DNA of 57,970 nucleotides from a virus: IMG/VR virus record IMGVR_UViG_3300045988_094645; one strand, 5' to 3'. Shown piece by piece: positions 30,435 to 44,300 of this stretch (position 1 is its first letter; each line of letters starts with the position of its first letter). The notes under the pieces were generated by a model. It saw only the letters and a program-made list of their open reading frames with translations, ran no database searches and was not told where the DNA came from. The position numbers and the translations under genes were made by a program.

Positions 30435-31871
30435 ATGGATATTGATATTTATGATTATGTTTAGCGTTGGTCTATTAACTATATTGTATATCACAGTAGC
30501 CATTTGAGAGAATATGGCGACGTAGAATCAGCGAATACCTTATTCAGCGCATAGTATCAATAGGCAGTAAATAAAGCATAGACCGCGGGAATTGAGGCTT
30601 AGATCTCCTCAATTCAAGAATAGATGCAGCTAAAAGCGCCTTCCGCAGCCAGTGGATTAAAGATTCTAAGTGATCTAGAGATAGGAACCCTATTAGACTC
30701 TACTCTTGATTAGATTGCCGCCGGTATTAATGAGGGTATTGAATTAGCTGGTGGATAGGTAGATTTTGAAAACTATAATACTATATTGCAATAGGTTGGA
30801 AGCTTTAATAACTTGTTATCAACTGGTACACCGGAAATATAGAGAGTGAATGATTTCTTTAGGTTACTTATATCAGCTTTAACGAAAGCGAATATGATAA
30901 ATGTTAATGTTCTTGATGCTTTAACATAGATTGGAAGATAGCTAATAGGAACTAGCTTTTAGATAGATTAGGCATAGCAAAGTTATGTTATGGCTGTTGG
31001 CAAAGGAGATATAAATATCGCAAAAGATGTAATAGATTCTTTAAACAGGGCTGTTACTCGTTTAAGTGAATAGGGATCAGTAAACTCTCGTTCTTTTGCT
31101 AATACTATTGCTTATATATTTAGAAGGGTTATTGGAAATTAGATTAGTTAGGCGATAGTTGCAGAGGGTATATCAATAGGAGTTAATACCGCGGATAGTA
31201 TATTAGATAAGGTAATCGCGCAATCTGGTGGAAAATTGCGATGGGTTGATAAAGGATAGAATAATGTCTCTAAGTCTAAAGGTACTACAAATATATTTAA
31301 TAATGATACCTTTAGTTTGCAAGTAACCAAGGGCAATCAGACTTTTAATATAGAGATAGGGACAAATGTAAATGCAAGATGGCAAAATAAGAAAATGTCT
31401 TAGAATAAAATTTCTGCTTCTTCAAGTATGAATGTTGGAGAATATTTTTCTGGTTAGCCAGAGAAGTATCTTGCTTATAATATGATTGCTCATAGATATA
31501 CTGGAGCTGATTTTGAAGAATCGTTTAATAATATACGGGCTTCTGTTGCAGCGTCCTTCTTTAATTAGTGGATTCAGTCTAGTGAGTTTAGTTCATAGAA
31601 GGGTCATTTAGGATAGTTTATTATAGTTAATGGTAGAGTATTTTCAATCTAGCGAATTATTAATAATATCTGTGATGATATTGTTAGAAATAGTGCTCAT
31701 GAAGTGGTTTCTATTGGTGGAGAAGGCGCTCTGGGTAATAAGTGGTATGGCAATTCTGGAGCAAACATATTAGATGCAATCACCCGTAGTAATATAGTCA
31801 ATGGAGTTATAAATAAATTAACTATTGCAGCAACTTTAAATAATAATATACTATCTAAATACGCATATTAA
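30435..31871 (+). CDS. hypothetical protein (~478 aa) with an extreme density of in-frame TAG codons (~35; most predicted Gln codons are TAG)
   Basis: RBS GGAGTAATTGGAG; continuous frame-0 reading MDIDIYDYV[TAG]RWSINYIVYHSSHLREYGDVESANTLFSA[TAG]Y[TAG][TAG]AVNKA[TAG]... to TAA at 31869-31871; no TAA/TGA over 1.4 kb. Confidence 0.45.
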
Positions 31872-31934
31872 ACTTGACAATAGTTAATTTTTCTAGTATA
31901 ATAAAAATATAAATGAGATAAAGGAGATTTTACA

Positions 31935-32465
31935 ATGACTTTTAAAGATTTGGGGCTTGAGCCTAAAGTTAAATATACAGAAGTAAAGGTTGGAGCAGAT
32001 AAGATTTTGTCTGTGGCTAATTATCTTCCTATTGCTGATAAAACAAATCTTATTATGTTTGTCACTGATTTATCAATAGATGAGGCAACTGGCTGTTTTA
32101 GTCCAGTTAGAGTGGAGACCTATTTTGCTATTGCTATATGCAGATGGTATGGCGGAATTACTTTTGAGCCAGAAGATGTGCATGAAAATATCGCAAAAAC
32201 CTATGACACTCTTGAGACAAACGGTGTAATTGATGCAATTCGTGATATTATTCCGGTGGAGGAACTATCTTTTATTGAGGATTTAGTTAAGGATACTATA
32301 AGCGATATTTCAAGATATAATAGTTCTGCGGCCGGCATTATTCAGATGATGAATAAAAATGCTTCTGGTCTTGATACATATATTACTGATATGCTAGAAA
32401 AGATTAAGAATGGTGAAAATCTTGAAACACTATCAGTAATTAAAGATGTGGTTGGAAAAGATTAA
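31935..32465 (+). CDS. tail assembly chaperone-like protein (176 aa; no TAG)
   Basis: supplied ORF lying immediately before the tape measure gene; terminator-like hairpin GGCTCTTGAGAA...TTCTCAAGAGCC at 32503-32538. Confidence 0.4.
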   Translation: MTFKDLGLEPKVKYTEVKVGADKILSVANYLPIADKTNLIMFVTDLSIDEATGCFSPVRVETYFAIAICRWYGGITFEPEDVHENIAKTYDTLETNGVIDAIRDIIPVEELSFIEDLVKDTISDISRYNSSAAGIIQMMNKNASGLDTYITDMLEKIKNGENLETLSVIKDVVGKD

Positions 32466-32575
32466 TAAATCTAATAAAATTTACAAATTAGATAGAGAAT
32501 TAAAAGGCTCTTGAGAAGATATAATTCTCAAGAGCCTTATTTGTTTTATCGTAGAGATAAAGGAGGAAAAGGACT

Positions 32576-35500
32576 GTGGCTAATAAAAGATTAAACTATT
32601 AGATTGGGTTTACCGCTGACGCGAGTCAGCTAAAAACCTCTGTTAATGAAGTTATAAATAGTTTATAGAAATTAGGCAATTAGCCATCTATTTCTAGTGA
32701 ACTTCAGTAGGCATCTTTGGCGGCCCTTGAATTGAGCCGTAATCTTTAGATGGCTACTAATGGAAATTCAGGTAAGTTAGATTTGACTGCTTTTAATGAT
32801 AGTTTAGTAAAAAGCGGAAAGACTTTAACAGACTATTATAATCAACTAAGCAAACTGGGAATTTAGGGGCAAGAAACATTCTTAAATCTTTCTCAGGCTA
32901 TTATGGCGGCGGAAACTCCGTTAATCAGAACTAATAAGTTAATGTCTGATTTGTGGATTACAATGAAAAATACGGTTCGTTGGTAGATTACAGCAAGCAC
33001 TTTATAGGGTTTTATTGGCTCTTTAGAGACAGCTTATGGTTATGCAAAAGATTTAAATGAATCTCTGACAAACATTCGTATAGTTACTGAAAATTCTGCC
33101 GAGGATATGGCTGTTTTTGCTAAGTAGGCTAACGAAGCAGCTAAGGCATTGAGTACAACTACAGTAGATTATACTGACGCAGCTCTGATTTACTATCAGT
33201 AGGGCCTTACTGAGTAGGAAGTTTTAGATAGAACTGAAACTACTATAAAAATGGCAAACGCCGCGGGTGTTAGCGCTTAGACTGCATCTGACTAGTTAAC
33301 TGCGGTATGGAATAACTTCTATGATGGAAGTAAAAGTCTTGAGTATTATGCAGACGTCATGGTGCGCTTAGGTGCAGATACTGCATCAAGCTCTGATGAA
33401 ATTTCAGAAGGTATCTAGCAGTTTGCCGCAGTTGCAGAGACGGTAGGTTTGAGTTATGAGTATGCCGCGTCTGCGCTTGCTACTGTTACTGCTACAACTC
33501 GTGAATCTGCGAATACTGTAGGTACTGCATTTAGAACATTATTTGCACGTATTCAGGGCTTAAATCTTGGAGAAACACTTGATGATGGAACTACTCTAAA
33601 TAAATATTCTTAGGCTCTTGATAAAGTTGGAATTAACATCTTTGACGTTAATGGAGAAATCAAGACTATGGATACTTTATTAGATGAAATGGGAGAGAAA
33701 TGGGAAACTCTATCTAATGATCAATAGATTGCATTAGCACAGACTGTAGCTGGAGTACGTCAATATACTCGTCTTATTGCTCTTATGGATAACTGGGATT
33801 TCTTCTAGGAAAATTTGGAGAGTTCTTATGGAGCAGAAGGATCTCTACAAGAACAAGCAGATATTTATGCTGAATCTTGGGAGGCGGCAAGAGATAGAGT
33901 AAGAGCATCCGCGGAAGATATTTATGATAGTTTAATAAATCCTGATTTTTATATTGGGGTAGATGATGTTCTTAGTCCTATTTTAAGTACAACTGCTGAT
34001 ATTATTGATGGTTTAGGCGGAATGTCTGGCGTTTTAGCAACAACTGCTTTACTGATGAATAAGGCTTTTGGTGATAAGATTGCGCAAGGAATGAGAGATA
34101 TTGCTTCTAATCTTGGTATTATCGGATAGAGAGAAAAGGATAGAGCGCAAACTTTGAGAACTGAAGCCGCATAGATGGCTGATATTATCGCGAAATCCGC
34201 ACTTGATAATACTATTTAGGGATAGATGGTAAATACTCAAGCTTAGATTGTTTAGCTTGAAGGAGAAGCGTCCGCTGCGGCCACACAACTATCTGAGCGC
34301 TAGGCTGGTATTTTACAACAAGATTTAGATAGAGTAAAGGTTTTATAGACATAGGTTAATTTAATTGGGTAGTAGGTTAGCAAATCAGATGAACTTATTA
34401 CAGCTTATACAAATAGTTTGTCTGAGCGTTTAGTTCCCAATAAAAAATGGAAGGATAATCTACTATCGGCGCTTGTGTTAGAAGATGAAAATAAATTTTC
34501 TTTTTATGAGGACATAGAAACAGAAATTCTCTATAGTTCAAAGACAAATTAGCAAGCCCTTTAGAGTTTAATTGACAAATTAAAAGTGGCGAGCGTAAGT
34601 CTTTCTAAGTTTTAGCAAGTATAGAAATTAGTTGGTTCTGGAACCAATGAAATCTCTCAAGAAACTATTAATTTAGTAAGAAGCCTAAATCTTTTTGAAG
34701 GTGCTCAAGATGCAACAAATTAGGAGATAATAGAATATCTTACTACCTCTTAGTAGTTTTAGGAAGCATTAAAAGGGGCAGAATCAGACGTTGCTGCATT
34801 AAATAGAGTTATTACTTCTTTAGGTGATGGTTCTGTTAAATTTAAAAATGATCTAAGTGGTCTTGTAGCAGCTTTTAAGAATAATGAAATTAGTGCTGAG
34901 GCTTTTAGATAGGGATTAGAATTATTACAGTAGAAAACAGAAGAAATTAGTGAGGGGTTAAAGAATAACAGATATGCTACTTTAGACTGGGCTGAGACAT
35001 TGGTTAAAGTAGGAACCACTTTATCGCAAGTTACAATGGGAATGACAAGTATTAATTCCATGTTCTCTACTTTTACAAATTCTGTGAAAGAGGGAGAGTT
35101 TACTGTTGAAGATTTTACAGTTATTCTTACTAACTTTGGAATGTTATTACCAACAATCTCTACCTTGTTTAAAAAGCAGGCATTACAAAATAGTTTAACT
35201 GCAATATCGTATTTAACAGTTGGAGCTTCAGCTAAAACTGCGGCTGCTGGTATTACTACTGTTGGTGCGGCTATCTCAACTGCTTTACCACTTATTGGGT
35301 TAATCACTTTGGGAGTAACCTTACTTGTTAATGTTATTTCTCTCATTATTGTTACGGAAGAAGAGGCTAGAGAAAAAATATCTAGTGCTACCTAGGCTTA
35401 TGAGGATTAGAAATCTGCATTAGAATCTTTAAATTCTGAATTATAGACAACGAAAGATAGAATAGAAGAATTAAATAATTAGGATTCTTTAAGTATAGTC

Positions 35501-38500
35501 GAACAAGAAGAATTAGAAAAACTTAAATAGGCAGAATCTTCTTTGTAGAGATAGGTTGAGTTACAAGAGAAGTTAACAGAAGAAGCGCAAAAAGCCTAGG
35601 CAAAAACTATCGAAGAGAATTATGATAAATCTACTAAGAGTTTGGCAGGAGGACCAGATTTAACCTAGTGGAGAAGTTGGAATGAATACAATGGAGACTA
35701 GGACTGGTTTAAAGAGTTAGAATAGAGCATGGATTTAAATGATCCAAATGCTCAATTTGTACTTGAATAGAATAGATATACTTATAAAGATTAGTACGTA
35801 GATGCAGACACTTGGTTTAATAGTATTACTTAGGGCCTTGATAAAAATTCTGATGCCTATCGTGATTACTTAGTAGAGTATCAAGATTGGGTTACTCAAA
35901 ATGAATAGATTACGGCACAGTGGGTAACTGACAATTCTGAAGCTATATAGCAAGCAGAAGATGATTATGCTGCATATATTAAATCTGTTACTGACGGGGT
36001 TATTGAGTATAATCCAGAAATGATAGCTTCAATGCAGGAGCAGTTATCTCTTATTCGTAAAAATCTTTATGGCAGTCAAAGTGAATATGAAGAGGTTATA
36101 TTAAAACCAATTTTAGATAACCAATCAGTTAAATAGATTTCTACTTAGCTTTATAGCACTTTGGCTAGTAGTGATATTAGTGCAGCCTCTGGTTTGATAA
36201 CAGAATCCATTAAAAATGAATTAATGTTAGCTGGAGTCAGCGTAGATGAGTTTTTAACTTTTGTAGATAGCAGAGTAGATGAAGCAAAGGAAAAAGTAGA
36301 AAGTAAATTTAGTGATTTTGATTTTGATTCTCTATCAAATGAGGATTGGGAAATCCTTATGGATGTCAATATAGATAATTTTGATGCGGTTGAAGAATTA
36401 TAGGAATTTTTAGATAATTATAAAATTAATGAAATAAATATAAATGTAAAGGGAATAGACGACTTAAAATCTATATTGGAAGAATTAAATAATAGTTAGA
36501 GTGCTCTTGAATCTGCCTTATAGTCATATAAGGATCAAGAAGGCTATCTAACCATGGATCAAGTTCAAGAACTCATTAATGCAGATGAAAGATATGCTTA
36601 GTATATTGTTAAAGTTGGAGATGCGTATAAACTAACAAATTAGTCTCTTTAGACATTTTTAGATTCTGAACGACAAGAAGAGCAAATTCTTGATGCTACA
36701 ATAGAATCTATGAAAGAAAAATATGGGGTAAATACTGATTATCTCTAGAATTATATTAATATGTGGGATGAATTAGTATCGCGAGCCAGTGATTCAAATG
36801 CAATAAATGATTATACGTTTACAAGTGAAACTGATGTAGAATTGTTTAAAGAGAGAACATAGGCCCTTAGTGATAATGCGAAAGCGTATCAGGAGGGGGC
36901 AATATCTGCCCAAGAATATTTTGATACGATTAATAAAAGATTAAGTAATATAAATGCAGGCTTTCATAGATTAAACGAAGAAATTGACGATAATATAGAA
37001 GAAACTGATTTATATGAAGCTACTTTGGTCGCTGCAACCGGGTCTATAGGGGATGGACTGATAGATTTAAATAAAAAGTTTAAATCTGGAACCATCAATA
37101 TGGATGATTACTATGAGGGAACAATCGCTGCCACGAAAGCATTAATTACGGCTTAGTCTAAATTAAATTAGAATATTACAAAAAATACAGACGGAGTTTG
37201 GGAACTCAAAGATGGAGTAGATCAAACTACAATTTCTGAGGAAGAATATGCCAGAACCATGTCTGATATATCTAATTTAAATACTTGGGAAAAACAAGTG
37301 AGCGATGCCCAAGACATGATGGGAATTGTAAATAGTTTAGTAGATAATTACGATTACTTATTAAACTATGCTGATAGCTTTGGAGCGATAGATTTTACCA
37401 TTGATAATAATTTCGATACTACTGCGACAGAATTTTAGGCAATGGTATCAAGTATTGGACAATAGCTCGTAGGACTAGAATAGACTAATAACGAATCTTA
37501 TAAAAGGATTCTCTAGGGTGTTCTTGATTAGGGAATAACGCTAGCAAATGGACTAGATACAAGCGCCGATGCTTTAATGCAAGCAATGTCCACTGATGCT
37601 AGTATCGCTGGAGCCGTTATTAATTCTACTATGTCCGAGAGTGCTAATACAATTAGCTCAACTTCATAGGCGGCTGGGGCTGTTCTAACAGCACTAGGAG
37701 ATTTAATTTCTAATTTTGAATATGATTTAGGTTTTACTCCATATGTAAAATCATGGGGAAAATTATAGATAGATGATTGGCTAGCTGGCAAAGCGGATCT
37801 TCCTTTTGAGCTTCCCACTCTAGGATTAAAAATTTCCGGCGAGGGCGGAGATGCTATTGGTAATTTTACTAATGCTCTAAAAGAAGCTGGTTCATATTTA
37901 TCTTCTTAGGGTACGGGATCTGGATAGAATGGTATTTTTGATTATGGTTAGGAGCCATTTGCATTTGATCCTGATGGAGCATTAGATCCGAATAGAATAG
38001 CAACAGACAATATTAGAAATAAAGATTCTGGCGGAGATAACGAAGGTACAAAATATGATGCCGAAGATGAAAAAACTCTTGAAGATATAGAAGATAGATA
38101 CCATGAAATAACTCGTGAGATTGAGAATTAGAATAATTTATTAGATGATATTGGTAATAATATAGATAGAGCATATGGAGCGAAGAAATTATAGGCTTAT
38201 TAGAAAGAGCTTCAAGAGTTAGAAAAACAGCAAGCTAATTATAATAAGATGCTTGATGAGGCTGAGACCTATCTTGAGAAAGATAGATCAGACCTTCAAG
38301 GATTATTCAACAATTCTCTTACTTTTGATGAAAATGGAGAAATTGAAGGTTATCAAGACGTTCTTCAATCTATTGTTGATGATTATAATAATAACTTCTT
38401 AACCGATTACAACGCTTTCTTATTAATGTTTAGCAGTCTTACTAAAGATGAATAGGAGGCTAGATAGGCAGAATATGATAGTTGGCAATTACAAAAAGAA

Positions 38501-41274
38501 GTTGCTGATGAATTATTCTAGGCTCGTTAGGACGCTTTAGCTCAATATGAAGAAACTCTTGACAAGATTCAAGATGTAAAAGATGAGCAAGAAGAGCTAG
38601 AAAGAAATATTGCAGATAATAGATTAAATTAGATTGAATATAAACTTGAAGTTGCGATAGATATAAAAGATGCTAAAGATGCGGTTAATGAGCTAACAAG
38701 ACAAATAGCAGAATCTTTTGGTGATGAGCTAACTCATGGAATGGAAGTCGCTCGTATTGATAAAAACAGTATGAACGAGAACATTGAAATCATCAAGAGC
38801 TATGAAGAAGCCCTTAAAAGTTATCAGGAAGAATTAGCTAATGCCACAGATGCGACTAATATTGATGAGATTGTAAGTAAGTTATCTGACTTACAAGGTA
38901 AAATGATTTCTACCGCAGAGGCTTTACTTGATTGGGTAGAAGGTCTTGAAGAAATGCTACCAGATGCATTAGATGCCGCGTCAGAAAGATTTGCTGCTTT
39001 TACTGATTAGCTTGATCATAATGAATCTGTTCTAGGGCTCATCAAAGAATTATATGCTCTTTAGGGAGTTACATATAAGACCGAAGAAGGATTTGAATAG
39101 CTTCAAGAAGTAAGCGAAGAAACTATGAAGGCTTAGGTCGCCAATGCATAGCTGAATAAACAATGGTATGACGGAATCCGTCAAGAACTATTGGAAGCTC
39201 AAGCTGCATTAGATGCATTAGGCGGAGATGAAACCGATCCTGCATATGATGGTTTAAAAGCTAATAGAGATGCTCTACTAGAAGAATTTAATGAAGCACA
39301 AGAGGCTATGTTAAGTTCCGCGCAAGCTGCTATGGAGACTGCTTAGGAGATGTATACTCAAGCTATTGAAAGAGCAGTATATGAATTTGGATAGGCTGTT
39401 TCTGGTGGAGTAGGATTAGATCTACTACAAGACAAATTCGATCATTATATCGAACAAGAGGATAGATATTTAGATAAAGTAAATGAAGCGTATGAGGTAT
39501 CTTCTTGGTATAATAAACTACAACAGGATATTGATAAGGCTACTAACTCTAAGATGAAAGATTAGTTAAAATAGCTACAAGAGGAAATTGATATACGTAG
39601 AGAGAACAATACCTTATCTGAATACGATTTAGAAATTCTCGAAGCTAAGTATAATGTTCTTTAGGCTTAGATGGCACTTGAAGATGCTCAAAATGCGAAA
39701 AATCAACTTAGACTAGTGAGAGATAGTCAAGGTAACTGGAATTATCAATACACCGCAGATGCGAGCCAGATAGCTGACGCAGAGCAGAATTTACTTGATG
39801 CGGAGAACGAATGGTATAATATAGCAAAGCAACAGGTAGAGGATGTTACAGGAGAGATTATTTCTACTTGGCAAGAGTGTCAAGATAAGATAAAAGAAAT
39901 CTATTCTGATATGACCTTGACTGATGAAGAAAGATCTGCTCGCGCGCAAGAAATTTATTCTTATTATACGCAGAAGGTTAAGGACTTAGAGAGCGAAAAA
40001 TAGATCGCTATTAAGGATATGACCGAAGCCGGCAATAAAGCTTTAATTGATATGGCTATTGTTGCGGGAGACGAGGTAAGTGACCTAACTGGAATTACAA
40101 GTCAAGAAATTCAAGATATTATAGCTAACTCTGGCTCTAGCATTATTGATTTGTTACTATCAGATAACGAGTAGATTCAAGATATAGTAGGAAGTAATAC
40201 AAAACTTATTGACCTATTTGATAATGTATTTGCGAAAGACTTAGCCAATATGACCGCTAATGCTGGTAACTTTGAAGAGTTTTTATCTAATGCAATGGAT
40301 GAAGCTAGCGGAGCGATGGAAGATTATCAAACTACTGTTTCTGGAGTAGCCGATTAGACTGGAACAAGTCTCGATGATTTAAAAGATTATATCGACGATG
40401 TTTCAACTTCTACTGATTTGTGCTCTGAGGCTGGATCAAATGCCGTTACTTAGATGTTAGAATAGATAAGCACTATTCAAGATTTAAGTCAAGAGTATTT
40501 AGATATGGCCGATTCAGTCAGAGAATATATAAGAGCGCTTGAAGAAGCCGCTAGAGCTGCTGGTAACACAATAGAAAGCGCAGGAAGTATAGATAAAGAT
40601 GACTTGCCTTCTTCTGATTCAAGTCAATCTTCTGATACTGATAAAGGTAGCTCAGGCAATAGTGGTAGTGGATCTTCCAGTAGTGGAACTGGAGGAGGTA
40701 ATGGAATCCCCGAAGTAGGAGATGAAGTTATTTATACTGGTGGAACTTACTATCATGATTCTTATGGCACTGATCCTGCTGGTAGACGCGGTCCAGGTAA
40801 AAAGGTTAGAATAACAAACATAGCTAAGGGTAGACCTTATCCAATCCATGTACAGTCCAATAATTCCGCTTATGGATGGCTAAAAGAAAGTTAGATAAGT
40901 GGCTTCGATACTGGAGGATATACTGGAGAATTTGATAATGCTAAATTAGCTTTCTTACATGAAAAAGAGTTAGTTTTAAATCAAGAGGATACGAAAAATA
41001 TCTTGGCGGCGGTCTCTGCTATGAGAGCCTTTGGACCTAGTTTTATAGCCTCTATTGAGAAAACTCTTGACGGGAACGCACTATCTATTTCTAGTATTAT
41101 GGCATCTAGATTGGGAACTAATACCTAGATTGCGCCGACAGATAATGTGGTTTAGCCAAATATAAATATTGAACGAGTTGAATTCCCCAATGCGACATCT
41201 TCTGATGAAATTCAAGATGCTATTCGTAGTTTGGCGGATGATGCTACTCAATGGGCGAATAGAAGAAAAGAATA
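32576..41274 (+). CDS. tail tape measure protein (TP901-family core), ~2,900 aa with dozens of in-frame TAGs; last ~17 codons are in the -1 frame relative to the body
   Basis: GTG after GGAGGA RBS; frame 2 runs through supplied ORFs 33815, 35000, 36161, 38249, 38741, 39671 and 40505; TP901-type core ...RLGADTASSSDEISEGIQQFAAVAETVGLSYEYAASALATVTATTRESANTVGTAFRTLFARIQG...; C-terminus ...TGGYTGEFDNAKLAFLHEKELVLNQEDT... Confidence 0.7.
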
Positions 41275-41326
41275 ATAGGGGAGAAAATCTCCCCTATTAT
41301 TCCCTATGAGTAAAAGGAGGAAGAAT

Positions 41327-44300
41327 ATGAATACAGCTTCTGAATCTATCTTTTAGACAATAGATATTCTTGTTGATAAAGCACTATCAAAATTAACTTA
41401 TGATAAAACTGTTTCAGCAGAGATCAATAGTATAGTTAATCTTGATACTGGAGAATATAAAGTTAAATATTCTGGTAATATAGTATCTGCTTTTTCTGAT
41501 GATGTAAAAAAGCAATATAAAGTAGGAGATACTGTATACGTTACCATACCTCAAGATGACTTGTCAGCAAGGAAAAGAATAGTATGTAAAACAAGTGAAT
41601 AGTCGCTATCATACGGAGAGATGCTATCTTTATCTAATTCAATAATAGAGAAAAGCCCAACCTTTGATACCATGTATGAATATAATAAAAGTGCGGAAAG
41701 GGGCGTTGTAGCTGGAGCGCCTGCCGATAGTAATCTAAGTCAATAGATTATTTATGACGGTACTGAAGAGGGCTATCATGGATTATTCCAACAATACGCA
41801 AATAATAACGAACTTATTAGAATCAAGGCTTCTTTCTTGACTACTTTCCATTGTGAACATACAAAAGGAAATTATGGTTTAGATATATAGTTTTTCACAA
41901 AAAGTGGGGATATAGTTTCTTATAAACTAGATCTAAGTTCTTTTAATGGAGATCCATATCGCTTTTAGGTCTACAGCCCGCAATCTGTAGTCATAAAAAC
42001 TCAAAAAAATTATTTAACTGGACTTAAACAAATTAAATTATTTGAAGAAAACTTTGTCTATGATCGTTATGTAGAATCTGGTATAGTTACAGATAAAGAG
42101 AATAGAACTGTACCTAATATTTTTGTAAAGGATATAGAGATTCAGTTTGTTGAACAGAAAGATTTAACTGATAATTTATATTATTTAGATATATCGGCCC
42201 CGCGAGGAAACTCATTCACTAACGAGATCTCTTCTCTTGATTTGGTTGGTAGATTGATTTATTAGGGCGATAATATTATGAACGAAGAAACCTGTGAATG
42301 TAAGTGGTTTGAGAGGGATGTAAGTGTTTTACTAGGGAGCGATTTGTACGACAAAAATGCTGGGGTAGGATGGGCTCCCGTCACAGCGTCCGAGAGCAAT
42401 ACGTTGACACTTAATGCTGAATAGGTTGAGTATCAAAAGTAGTATAAATTGATCGTTGTATATAATGATAGCGTGACATTAAGCGCAGAAACAACGATTT
42501 ATAACTTAACAAGTGACTATAGTTTTGAGTTAGATCAAACTACGGTTGGTGAAGATATTATCATTCAAATTTAGAACAATGCAGATGATACTGTTTTAAT
42601 TGGAGATTGGTATATGCTTTATCCAGATGGAAGTTATACCGCAGTAGGGTTAAAACAAAATTCTATCACTGTAACTAATTTACTGCTATATTCTTCTGTT
42701 ACTTTTGTTTGCGGCGTTTATAATAAAGAGCATAGCTAGATTATTTGTGTATTAGAACATCTTGTCACAAATAGTTCTTCCGAGGAAGATGTTACAATCA
42801 CTTATAATGGAGAAGATACCTTTAGATATGATGCAAACGGAGATATAACAATAGAAGATGCTGAGAAGGAACGAACTCTTTAGGTTGTTTTAACTTGGAA
42901 AGATGGAGTTGGAACTTCTTATAAGGTTGAATGGATTGGCCCAGATGGGAAAAATATCACTAATTCAAGATATAATCCTAGTGAATCTATGATAGAAAAT
43001 CTTTGGGTTGACAATAGCAATATTTTACATTATACTATTAAATAGAAGTATAAAGTTAATTTTAATAATAATACTATCTTAGTTCGTATAGTTACTATGG
43101 ATGAATAGAGATACTCTTTCTAGAAAGAGATTTTATTCTTAAAAGATGGAGATTAGGGTACTAATGGTACGACCTATGTTACTGCAATTCGTCCTTTTGA
43201 TGAAAATACTGGTCTAAAACTTTCTGGCCTGGTTCCTCTTATCTATAGGGATAACTCATGGCAAAATACTTTACCTTTAAGATGTTACGTATATAAAGAT
43301 GGAGAGTTAATTAACGACAATGGAAACTATACATTGACCTATAAATGGACAGGGGTTAATGTTAATATTGGGGATAGCACCTTGGATGACCGCAAGATAA
43401 TTAGTGGAGATAATCAACTGGTATCTACTCCCATTGGCGGTTATGTGAAAGTACAAGTTACTATTAATGATAATAAGAATAATAGAACTTATGATATTTA
43501 TAGTAATTATCCTATTGATGTCGCTGTTAATTTTTCTGATCAAGAAATAGAGAGTATTGATATTAGCTCTATTCCTTCTTATATTAAATATACTGCTTCT
43601 GGAGTAAATCCCTAGTTCTATAGCAATAATATTGAATTTATTGTCAATGAAGTTGATTAGAGCAAGAATATTACTTCTATTGTGGAAGAAATACTAACAA
43701 TAGAAGAATAGGATGGTCTTTACTACTTAGAACCAGCTTCTAGCTTTGTTTTTGAAGATAATAGTATTGCATTGTTAAAGTGTGAATATGAGGGAAAATG
43801 TATTTATCATCCAATTATCTTGTATCTTGACACCTATGGAAATGAATTAATTAATGGGTGGGATGGTACATAGCTTGAAATTGATGAAGAAAATGGTCAG
43901 TATATTTTGGCACCGTAGATAGGTGCAGGAGAAAAAGATAGTTTTAATCGTTTTACTGGCGTAGTAATGGGAAAAGATAGTGTTTAGTCTAAAATCGGTT
44001 TGTATGGATATAAAGCGGGGATTAATACCTTTGGCTTAATGGAAGATGGTACAGCCTTCTTTGGATCCAAAACTGGTGGTGGATAGATCATTATTGATGG
44101 TACCTCTGCCGAAATTTATGGAGGAGGAAATTCTTCTGGTGAAGGTGGAGACGCATCCAATGGAATGACTATTACGCTAGCAGATCTTAAAGCTGATGGC
44201 TCTACAGAGGCTATTAAAATCGGCGGTGGCGTTTTTACAGTAAAATATAATGGTACTGTAAGTGCGGCCAATGCTGAAATTTCAGGAACTATTTATGCTT

